64,000 nt of DNA, from NCBI RefSeq assembly GCF_006345805.1, contig NC_043002.1, positions 75,020,001 to 75,084,000 on the forward strand, written 5' to 3'. Of the stretch, positions 13,380-25,007 are shown in pieces (the first letter of the stretch is position 1; each line of letters opens with the position of its first letter). Made by a program: the position numbers and the translations under genes. Under the pieces are notes generated by a model, which ran no database searches, was not told where the DNA came from, and worked only from the letters and a program-made list of their open reading frames with translations. Origin of the DNA: Octopus sinensis. Its lineage: Eukaryota.

Positions 13380-13508
13380 CACACACACATTGCGTGTGTG
13401 TGTGTGTGTGTGTGTATGTCTGTCCATACATATATACACATATACACACACATACATGAGTGTGTGAGTGTGGGTTTGCATATGCATACATATGTGTGTG
13501 TGTGTACT

Positions 13509-13580
<72 letters not shown>

Positions 13581-14177
13581 ATATTGGGGTATGCCTACTC
13601 CACTATAATATTAACTGCTCCACATCTTAGAGTGTGCTTCTCCCCTGCATTTATGTGTGTGTCTGCCTATTTATCCACTAAAGCTTTACCAGTGAACCTT
13701 CCTTCTTCAAATTTCCATCCATATGGTTCCTGTCTATAACTCTAAAGCTTAGTTACCATTTCTTTCTCTTTCCTTATTTCTTTAAGTTTCTCTTCCTTTC
13801 CATTCTTTTTTTTTGTTTTGTTTTCCTTTGTGTTTTCTCATCCCCATTTCCTTCAGCCCTTAATGTCTCCCACCATCTCAACATATATTTTCTTTTTCTT
13901 CTTCCTTCATTTATCTTTTTCACTTTTTCCTATGTTTTTCTTTATATGTTTGTTCCTTCCTGTTTTTATTTTCAAATCAACTTCTTACCTCTCATTCTAT
14001 CTACCCTCATCCCTGTCCCCTTCTCTCTATATTTATGTATATCTTCAGTCACTTCCTTTTCATCTCTTATTTCTTCGCCCATCATGCACCCTTACCTTTT
14101 TTTCACTTACACCATTCCCTCACTCCAAGCGTCATTGTCACCCTGCTCCCTACCCACTTTCCCTGTCTTAGTTTTCT

Positions 14178-14197
14178 TTATCTATCTACCTACCTAC

Positions 14198-14252
<55 letters not shown>

Positions 14253-14332
14253 CCTATCTATCTATTTATCTACCTATCTATCATCTATCTATCTATCTAT
14301 CTATCTATCATCTATCTATCTATCTATCTATC

Positions 14333-14363
<31 letters not shown>

Positions 14364-14410
14364 ATCTGTCTATCATCTGTCTGTCTATCTATCTATCTAT
14401 CTGTCTATCT
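14178..14410. repeat. (TATC)n tetranucleotide microsatellite
   Basis: ~230 bp of TATC/TACC/TGTC units; explains the YLSI pseudo-ORFs. Confidence 0.95.
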
Positions 14411-14435
14411 TTACCTATTTCAAAGACTTCTCTAC

Positions 14436-14471
<36 letters not shown>

Positions 14472-14879
14472 TCACACACACACACACTAACTTTCTCTGA
14501 TGGGTGTATTATCATCTGCTCCATCACAAGTGTAAAAGTTAAGGAGCAGGCTTGGGCTGGGCTTAGTCTGGGCTGGGCAGATAAGTCACTAAGAATTTAC
14601 TTATGGACATGGAACATTTCATTTGTCATTGCTCACACCCACCCTCAGTGCTCCTTTTAGAAGAGATGCTGCTATGTCTGCTGTTCAAATATTGTTTGTG
14701 TATACATAATGTTTTAACATTGAATTATGCTACTGAAACTACCCCCTCCTCTCTTCCATTTATCTCCTTTTCCCCTGCTGCAACCAGCCTCATATTATTT
14801 ACTTGTTTATTTACATTTAATCTTTTCAACTGTTACAAGATATATCTATAAGTGTATGCAAATCTATGTATATTGGTTT

Positions 14880-15530
14880 GTGTGTGTGTATGTTTTCATG
14901 ACTATATATGAGTACATATATATATAAGTACACACAAACACACACACATATGTGTTTTCGTGTGTATGTGTATATATGTGTGTGTGTGTATATGTGTGTG
15001 TGTGTATGTTTTCATGACTATATATGAGTACATATATATATAAGTACACACAAACACACACACATATGTGTTTTCGTGTGTATGTGTATATATGTGTATG
15101 TGCATATATATGTGTGTGTGTGTATATGTGTGTGTGTGCAAATATATGTGTGTATGTATGTATGTGTGTGCGCATGTATATATGTGTATATGTGTGTGCA
15201 TATATATGTGTGTGCATATATGTGTGTGTATATATGTATGTATGCGTGTATGTATGTGTCTGTGTAAATATATATGTGTGTGTGTGTGCGCCTGTATATG
15301 TGTGCATTTTGTATCTATGCACATGGGGGTGGGTATTTGTGAGCATATATTTGCTTGCATATCTGAGTATATATACATTTGTGTGTGTGTGTGTTTTAGT
15401 CAGCATGTGTATCAATAGATATATGTATGTGTGTGTATACACATACATTTTGTATGTGTTGGTGGATATATATTGGTATCTGTGTGTATGTATGTGTGCA
15501 TATCTGTGTGTATAGTCTATATATACATGT
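14880..15530. repeat. Degenerate (TG/TA) low-complexity tract with a ~116-bp tandem duplication
   Basis: GTATGTTTTCATGACTATATATGAGTACATATATATATAAGTACACACAAAC...GTGTTTTCGTGTG occurs twice (~14887 and ~15004). Confidence 0.9.
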
Positions 15531-15837
15531 GTGCATAGGTTTATAGAAAGAGAGTATAAACCACTATCAAGCTAGTTCTTGTCTTTATGTTTGATCTGTC
15601 TTTAGTTGCCTTGTTTTTTGTTTACAATTGTTTGTAGATTGGTTTCCTTTTTTTTTTTGTCTCCAGTTCAGTGTTTGCTTTTTGTTTATTTGTTTCTTGT
15701 TAGTATTAATACAATTTTTTAAAAGCATTTGTTACATTTTTATTGCTTATCTTTGTCTGCTTTCTCTTAGAAATTTGAAATTTAAAAAATGTAAGAAGAA
15801 TGAAATAAAGAAGAGATAAATAATGATACATGCATAT

Positions 15838-15885
<48 letters not shown>

Positions 15886-16519
15886 ATATATAAACACACA
15901 CACACACACGAGTAAAAAGAATCAAAAGAGATGGTAGGTGGTCTGTATCAGCAAGAATTGTATTTATTGGTGGAAGTAAAAATAAAAATTAAGATTATAT
16001 GCTATGGGAAGTAGAGTTTCCAACAATTTGGACAAAGATTTTCTCCAGGCTTGAGATGAAAAGAGAAACAGGGTCTCAGAAGTAATTTTATCCCCTCTTC
16101 TTGATCAGAACAACTGGAAGCCACTGATTTGAAGTGTGGAGCATGAATGCATGTATTGAGAGCAGGTAGTAGGAGAGGGTGATAGGAAGAGGAAAGACTT
16201 GGGAGAGGGAAAGAAAGAGCAGCTGTGTGAGGTTGAGGGAAAATTTGAGCAAGAAAACAGAAGTGTGAAAGATGGAGAGGAGCAGTTAAAGCAGAACAAT
16301 TCATTGGAACCCATAGATATCATGGGGCCGAAGTTGAATATTATATGTGGTTTCTCATTCATAATTTGCTAAGATGCCGGACGCTAATAAATAGTTAATG
16401 AAGTGGCCTTGTTGTATTGAAGTGAGTGACTATGAGCTGGCCTGGAATACATAGTAGAATACTATAAATGTGACCATGAAAGCAATCACTGAAATGATGA
16501 CCTGTTTCACTAATATAAA

Positions 16520-16798
16520 TAGCACCTTCCACTCGTCCATCCCCCCTTTGAAATGTACTCTTGTTTGCATCTTCCAAATCCTACTCACTAACTCCACAAA
16601 TGTTCTAATCGTTCTTACATCTTGCCTTCAAGACCGTTAAGAATCTCTGCAAACTCGTAGTTAGAAGTGTTACAGACTTCAGGCACATGTAACAATGACC
16701 TTGTAAATGCACTTGACCCAGCATCAATAACACCACAACTGTCACAAAGCTTCTATCACACTTCTACCAACATCATATACTGCATCACTTACAAATTG
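16520..16798 (+). pseudogene. Penelope-like element ORF relic (RT-to-GIY-YIG linker and start of the GIY-YIG endonuclease)
   Basis: Frameshifted translation STFHSSIPPLK..., LAFKTVKNLCKLVVRS, SQSFYHTSTNIIYCITYKL. This follows the order of the PLE motifs TYHP.., AYRR..NL...LVR and F.C.S.NVIYCI.C. Confidence 0.7.
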
Positions 16799-16859
16799 GG
16801 TGTGTTTGTTTATTTGTATATGGATAGAGCATTTGAAGTGGTGTTTAGATATTGTTTAT

Positions 16860-17064
16860 TGAGAAAAAGGAGGCAATCAGAATTTTGGATAATTCTTTAT
16901 TAGTGCTTTCATTCATTTATCGAACACAATATTTCCTTCATTCATCCATATGAACAAGGAAATGTGTTGGTTTTATCATTTTGATTTTATGTTGACGAAT
17001 TCAATAAACAAATGAAAGTGCTTGTAAAGAATTATCCAAAATTCTGATTGCCTCCTTTTTCTCA
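16860..17064 (+). mobile_element. Fold-back element with decayed minimal hammerhead motif (PLE pLTR-like)
   Basis: Perfect 40-bp inverted repeat 16860-16899 / 17025-17064, extending inward ~25 bp with CpG-type mismatches. TTGACGA-ATTC-N7-AAAT-GAAA-GTGCTT-GTAAA at 16992-17028. Confidence 0.65.
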
Positions 17065-19017
17065 TGTATATATATTTATTTATTCATACATACATACATG
17101 CATATATATATGCCCCATATATTTCTACATATATTCATTTTTTGTAAAAATATGGATTCATTCCATTGTTACTTAATTTCACACACATACATGAAATATA
17201 TGTATGTGATCTTTCATATGATACTTTGAATAAAGATTTGAAAAGAAACAATAGACTTAATCTGTCAGGTTGATTCTCATTGCTCAAGGCTGGTCACATA
17301 ATTAGATTTGTTGCAGTTTTATGGACTTTGGTTCTTATGGTACCATGTGTTGAGGGAGACAGCTGAGTTTATGGTTATTCATCAAGGGCAGTTATTCTGT
17401 GAGGTTAACTGTTATTTACTAAAGCTAATTTTTGTGAATTGTGACCTGTGGGTGGCTATATATTCTCTAACAGGAGCTTTTCCCCTCTTCATTAATTAGA
17501 AAGTACGTTCACTTTAAGAGATGTCACAGGTTGTGTCAAGATTTGAAGCTTTTCAGTAAGGCAAAGTCTGCAATTATGTGAGCTATTAAAATATTGAGTA
17601 GCTCTACCAATGATGTTCTATGCTCTTGTGGGCATGTAATACCTGATTATTTTGTTCTGCAGTTGTTGTTGCAGGGGTGTGGAGTGTTCTGTTTTTTAAT
17701 CTGAACAATGATGTTGAAAGAAATGACTATTGAAAGTGTTTGCTGTTATACCCCTAGTACTCTCTTTTAGCACTGTTCAGAGGTAGTGTTACGGCTGCTC
17801 AGTATATGAGTTAGTGAGAGAAGCATGATCCTCATATATTTGTGTATCTGAGCAGTGTGACAAATGGATTTTCAGAGTTACGAGCTGTGTGATGGAATAG
17901 TGATTATGTGGAGATTCAGAAGTAACTCACCTTAATATCATGTGAGTTGAATGGCATAGTTGTGCATAGATGGGAAATAGAATATTATTTGGAGTGCTTC
18001 TGGGTGCTTCTTTTAGAGGGCACCAGCTGCAGTGAGCTCACCAAGTAGTTTACAGGACAAGAGCCCTCAACTGAAGGAAGGAGTAGTATTGAGGAAACTA
18101 GCTTTGTGACACATGAGAGGAGTATGAGTCCAGGGACAGAAATAGTTGTGTATACATACACATAAAAGAATTTTGTTTTGATTGGTAGCAGTTTTGATGA
18201 TGATTGTGATTATGGAGTTGGGTGGGTGCTTACTGCAATATCACCAGTGCACTAAACAGACTATTTTGATTAAAAATAAATTTACTTTGACTGCAAGCAA
18301 GCCAATTAGTTCTTTGTGTGTGTGTTTGGGCACATACGCGTGTTCATGCTTTCTGTACTTAGTCCTCTCTCTTTCTCTCGCACACACATATGTATATACT
18401 AGATGCAAAAATTATTTATATTAAGTGATGAAAGTAAATAGAACTCAAGATGTTTTCCAAGTCCACTTCTCATTCCATATATACATATATAGATGTGTGT
18501 GTGTGTGTATATACACACGCACACACATACATATGTAACACACACACATATATACACACATACACACACACACATGTGTAACATATATATATGTATACAC
18601 ACATGCACACACACACACACACACACACACATCTATACCCTCCCCCATGTTATATTCATACATAGATGCACAGGAGAAAGCACCTGTGTACACTACAAGT
18701 ATCATTACAGCAAACTTTGCTGAATTTCACTGGTTGGTTGATTCCTGTTAAGAGTTTTCCTTCGCTAGCATTTTTTTCTGTTGTTGCTGATGTAGTGGTG
18801 GTGGTGATGGTTCCTTTAACTGCTCCCTTTTGCCTCAAAGAAAATACATATGTACATATTGACAATAATATTCTAAAAGTTATATTTGCCTGTTTCTTTT
18901 TTAATAGTTTCATATTTTTTCCATTATTTTTTCCTTTCCCCACCTTCTCTTTCTCATTCCCTTCTCTCACGTACATATTTTCATAAAACGTGTGTTTAAA
19001 CGTATATAAAACATGTA

Positions 19018-19055
<38 letters not shown>

Positions 19056-19462
19056 ATCTAGTCAGTGGTTCACTCCATTGTTATATAATGATGTGTGTAT
19101 TTTTTTCTATAGATATATTTGTTGATGTGTATATGCATCTGTATGCATTTGCACCCACACACACTCAGACAAATATATCTATAGTAACGCATACAGATAC
19201 ACATTCGCATATATGATGTGTAATGTGTGTTTGTTTCTTTAGGTACATTCCTCAGTGTGTGTGTGTGTGTGTGTGTGTGTACATATGCACAAAATCTCAT
19301 TACTTACACACTCACACACATGTGTACTCATGTGTTTTTCATTTCTTTGTCTTTAAAATGTGTGTATGTATATATGTAGAACTGGTGTGTGTTCATTATG
19401 TGTATCTCAGCTTACATACTGCACTTGTGTTTGTTTATATTTATTTGCCCTCCATTATAATT

Positions 19463-19503
<41 letters not shown>

Positions 19504-19584
19504 GATGTCTACTATTCTTGGCTGTTTTTTTCTTTCTAAACCCAATCTCTCTGCTGGAAGTCTGTCTTATTCACTGTTTTAAAG

Positions 19585-19619
<35 letters not shown>

Positions 19620-20844
19620 TATATGTATGTGTGTGTGTTTGTGCACATCCATATACCTTACTCATTGTTTTGTCATTTCTTTTTTTCTTCTTATGTCTTT
19701 ATTATTATTATATATTTTTTTCTCCTCTATATCCTCCTTTTGTGCATGATTTTCATTCTGTCCTCATCAATGTTTGTTTACCCATTTTCGTTTGTGTATT
19801 TCGTTATTTTCTCTGCTGAAGTAAAACAGACTCCCATGTGTATGTGTATATTCTTTTGGAGTGGCAGTTTATGAAGGCTAACAGAGAGAAAAAAATCTTT
19901 TCTTTATTAATATTATTGCTGTTGTTTGTTGTTGTTATTTTTTTTTTGCCAGTCTCTTTTTTTCTTTCTTTTTTTTGTTTTCCATTCTTCAATTCTTATT
20001 AATTTGGCTCTAAAACAGGTTTCGTTGTTTATTTGCTCTCTCAGAGACAATTTCAGGATAGTGAAATTTCAACTCAGTTTTAAAGACCAGGTGGATTTTT
20101 TTCTCTATTTGTATGATTAGAGAAAAAAATAAAAATTTCTTTTTTGTTCCTTGAAATGAAAACAATTTTATTTGGTCAATGTGGCAGGGTAGTGGTGATG
20201 GTGGGCAGAGAATGTTATTTTTCTCCAAGGACTAAGCAATAAATATTAATGATGTCTTAAATATAATGATCAGCAAATATTGATTGATTTGGGAAGTGTT
20301 TAATAAACAAACAAAACTTCAGTACTTTTTTATGTATTTGTTTTTTACTTGGGTACTTAATTTAGTTTTCAAAATCCATCATATGATATAGCATAGTAAA
20401 CCTTGTGGCTGTTTGAAAGCCATTTGGTTGATAACTGTATGGACTTTGAGTTGGTAGAGCTCCAAATCTTTGATTTTATTTAATGCCTGAGGGTTTGTTT
20501 TCTCTACATCTGTCAATGCTGCTGTTATGCATACAAATATCATGATCATCAACCAGAGAAAGTCCACATCCAAAGATTGGCACTAGTCATTAACAGACAT
20601 GTTCCAGCCTCTGGCACAGAGAGATATGTAGTTTCCTCTCTCTGTCTCGTCCGTCACTAATATAATGACCTCTGTTACTCAGAGGTGACTGATTTTATGC
20701 CTCCCAGGCCCACTCATCTTTCCATCACTCATAACCATTTTTGTGTCCACTCCACTAGCCCTACAATAATGACAAAATACTATGTCCTTTCTCCACAGAA
20801 TAGCAGCCATCTCCTTGTCTTTACCTAAGTGTGGTTGTAAAAGG

Positions 20845-21045
20845 ATTTTCACTGTCATACAAGTGGGTTCCTTCATTTCCAGTCTAACACGTAAACATGC
20901 CTAGGCATGGGGGAAACATTATCTTACTTGGAAACAAATGAGGACTGGTGACAGGAGTGTAATCAGCCATAGAATATCTGCCTCAACAGATTCTACCAAC
21001 CCAGGCACACATGGAAAAGATGTAAAAATAACAACAACAATGAAA
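20845..21045 (+). mobile_element. SINE 3' module with RTE-like tail (alternative tail of family B)
   Basis: CACTGTCATACAAG...CATGGGGAAACATTATCTTACTTGGAAAC...CATGGAAAAGATGTAAAA; related copies at ~1930-2085, 45950-46125 and 56605-56780. Confidence 0.7.
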
Positions 21046-21802
21046 TCTTTTAAGTTTTTATTCTGTCAGAATTGCATTTCATTTGGTGTAATCTTCAACA
21101 AACGTCCAGTACTGGATGTTAAAATCTACCTGGTATTGTTATTGAAGCAAAGCTCAAACAAAATCTAGTGTAGATTGAAACCCAAATGTTTGGGTTTGTA
21201 TTATCCTAGAGACAAATGTTACTCTATTAATGAAATCATTCACTTCAGGAACGTTGAGTTGATATTATGTCTCCATTTTTTTTTTTTTGTTAATCTTTTA
21301 ATTTTTTTTGTTTTGTTTTGTGTTTAGCATTTGCTGAAATATCAGCAATATTACTATAACATATATATTTGTAATTTTTTTTTACTTTTCAGTTCTCATT
21401 TTCTCTCTCTGTTTTTTGTTCCATGACCAATCTTTGTGTCATCTCAGACCAGAGCTTTGCTCTCACGTTTTTACAATGTTCTCGAACATGTTTCAAAAGT
21501 GCCTTTGTTCTCCCGGTTTTCTTAATGTTGTGTTTGTTTTGTTTATGCATGTGTGTTGGGTGGGGAGGGAAAACAAGAAAGAGTGTTGGTGGCGGTGTAG
21601 TTTTCTGGTTTGGTAATTTGAGTGAATAAGTAATAAGAATGATATTTACATATATGCAACAGCTGAATGATAAGTCATTCTGATACACACACACACACAC
21701 CACCCACTCGTATATCTACACATTCACATACATACATACATACATACATACATACACATAATATATACATATATATACATACGCGTATATATGTACATAC
21801 AC

Positions 21803-21844
<42 letters not shown>

Positions 21845-21883
21845 TAAATATGTGAGTGTGTATATATAAGTATACACACATAC

Positions 21884-21935
21884 ACTAACAGTAAGCATAC
21901 ACACACATGTGTGTATGTATATGCTTACTGTTAGT
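21884..21935. repeat. Short inverted repeat
   Basis: ACTAACAGTAAGCATA (21884-21899) / TATGCTTACTGTTAGT (21920-21935) around a CA/TG quasi-palindromic spacer. Confidence 0.9.
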
Positions 21936-22734
21936 TTAAACTATTGAAGTTCAAACATGATTAGATAGCACAATCTTTTCAACATGAAAGGCAAGAATAT
22001 GTTTACGTTAGTTGAAAAAGGATATGAGGGTCATTTATTTTCTACTTTGTTTCTCATACAGTCATTTAGTATTCGGATTTCACACATATGTGACCATACG
22101 CTAGTCATTCAGGTTATATTTATTGGAAACTCTATTACAGAATACTCTTTTCTTTTTAATTTTTCTCTTTTAATATTTTGTTTATTTTTTTTTTTTGTTG
22201 GTATTTGTGTTTCTGTTTGAATTTTTATAGAAGACCCTTCCGCAGTCATTGCTTATTTTTATACTATCTCTCTGTCTGTCTCTCTCTCCATCTCTGTCTG
22301 CCTGTCTATCTCTCTTCACTTCCACACACCCTCACATGCATCTTCATATCTGTGTGTGTCTGCACACAATATGCACATGTACACACACTTCTCTCTCCCT
22401 TTATCCCTTTGCCTCCTTATCAGCTCTGTAAAATTTACATACCTGGTAACTTGCAATCAATGCAACCATAAAATATCAACAGGATATATACATTCATTCA
22501 TGTAAACATATTCACTGTGTGTATGTGTGTGTGTTCATATTCATACGTAGATGCATATGCATGCACTCATGCATATCTGTATATTTGTTCATATTTGTTT
22601 ATGTATATTTCATATATGGATATGTATATTTGTGTGTGCCTTCATATTCATACACAGACATGCATGTGCACTCATCTACATCTGTATGTATAATTGTATA
22701 TTTATGCATATCTGGAAATGTATATTTTTACGTA

Positions 22735-22765
<31 letters not shown>

Positions 22766-24963
22766 TTGTGGGTGTGCAAGTTGTTCATTTTATTGATTAA
22801 TCAGGTCTTGCTATGCACTCACAATTATTTCTCTGTTGGTGCAATGGTGGATTAACTTGGTTTGTTTGCTTTCTTCTATGGAAGACTAAAGGGGTTAATT
22901 CACTGCTTCATGAAAATCATTGCAATGGCAGCAACTAGAAGATATTATTTTCTTCTTGGAGATTGTGTTTTTGTTCCTGATTATGTAGCTTTGAGCAAAT
23001 GAAAGTTCATTTCTTCCCAAGTAATGATTCTAGACTCTTGCCAATTAACATATGAAGATGCATTGCTTTTTTTTTTTTTTGTTGCAAGTAACATACTAAG
23101 TTTTGGTTACTGACCAATACAAGAGTTTCAGAGAAAACTTTAACTCTTTGACACGTAAGAAGGTTGTCTTGTACTTGAGGCATTTGTCTATTTTGTTTTC
23201 CTACATGGGTAGAGACAAATAAAAATGAATGTAAAACTTTGTGTGTGTTTAAAGTTTTATTTCCTTAGAAATTGCTTTTGATGTTTGTCTTTGCTATTAT
23301 GCACAATTAGATGACAGAAATTTGTAATAGATCTTCTGGGCCTTGCATTATCAGTTGAATCATATTGATTTTTCTTGATAAACTATATCTTTCTGATTTG
23401 GATTGGAGTTTAATAACAAAAGCACTGTTGATATACTGGACTTAGGGTTGTGGTCATGGCCAGCGTTGAAATTGGTGGGTTGGTGTTAATGTGAAAAATG
23501 TAACTGCAGAGTGAATTCCAAAGAGAAAGGATTAGTTGGAGTATTTAGTATCAGGTTTAGGAGATTAGATATACAAGAGGAGGTAAAATGGAGTAGAAAT
23601 TGGTAGTGTCTCTAGAAGTGCAGATGCTCTCGTTCTTGCAAGAGATGAGACAGAAAATTTTGCATCTGTGAGCTACTGGTTGCAACTTGTTGATAAAGAA
23701 TTCTTTATCAGTCAGTGGAATGGTCTAGGATGTTTGTGTCAAGTAGCAGTAGCAACACAATCCATGCACACGCTCAGAATTTCAGTAGAGGTCTTCTTTG
23801 AGTGGTATTCTACAGAAAATAAAAGAATTTTTGAATGCAGGTCTTCTTTGAGCAGTGACTCATCAAGGCCGACATATTTATTCCCTGGTTCCTAAAGACA
23901 CACCTTAGTTATTGTAATGTAGCTTTGGCAATGATATATATGTATGCAAAAGTTGCTATAAAGAGTTAATGGTAGATCGTGAGGTCTAATATTTGTAATG
24001 GTTATAGAAATGTTATTAGACGACATGGATAGTGGCACACAGATTTGACTTTCTTTGGAAAGGCTCAGCCTGTGATAGAGTTGAAGTATTACTTTCCAAA
24101 GCTTGCAGTAAAACAATTCTAGTCTATGGTAAATAAACCAAAACTTGATATCAAGTGGTGAGGGAACAAACACACACATATCATTATCATCAAACATGTT
24201 CCATGCTTGTTTGGATTAGACACACATGATGGGCTTTCACACAATTTCTGTCTATCAAATTCACTCACAAGACATCAGTTGGCCTTGCGCTATAGTAGAA
24301 GACACAGTGGGACTTAGATTCAGAAAGCCAAATTTTTTATTGGGCACCTTAGGAGAAAACCCAAATATTCCATTGGTCACACTCTGGAATCACAAAAGTC
24401 AAGTTATAAAAAGGGAAAACAAACTGAAGCTCAAGACCAATGATAAAAGTCACTATGAAGATCTGGGCTGCCTGTAATGTGAAAGGTATGCAATGCTGAA
24501 GGAAGGAGTGGGAAAGAGAGAGAGAGAGAGGACTATACTTTAACCTGCTTTGTGATTGAATTTTTTTATAGTTTAAGGGAGCAATTAAATATCTCAGTTC
24601 CTCATCTTGGAGCCTTTTAAGAATTCTTGGTCTAGACAGACTGACTGGCTACAGTCATTGTCCTAAAAGGCCACTGATATAAAAGGAGAGAATGTATTAT
24701 AGGTATAAGGTGGTTAATTTCACCAGTGACAGATCTGAACTAGTTTTATTTCACTCTCTTCTGAACATATTGCATTGTACTCTGTTAGTGACATAATGAT
24801 TGTGACACACACATGTATGCACATGCAGTGTGGAGATGGATTTTTTTTATTTGTAAATTTTGTTATTTTTTTTACTGTTTCTTGTGCAATGACTTATTTT
24901 TCCTCTTGCAAGGGTGAAGTTTACAGGGTCAGATGAAAATAAATATATTCAGTTGTTTGCTTT

Positions 24964-25007
<44 letters not shown>

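Noticed and set aside
13946-15515. ORFs of 150-194 aa rich in YLSI or HTY
   Set aside because: Translations of (TATC)n and (TG/TA)n microsatellites.
19821-20090. Candidate microexons at 19821-19838 and 20045-20090
   Set aside because: Acceptors are plausible, but the donors are weak or lie in TG-repeat context and the peptides are unrecognisable.
23400-24180. Possible LINE endonuclease relic on the minus strand (ITNIRPH)
   Set aside because: Only one weak motif; not enough to call.
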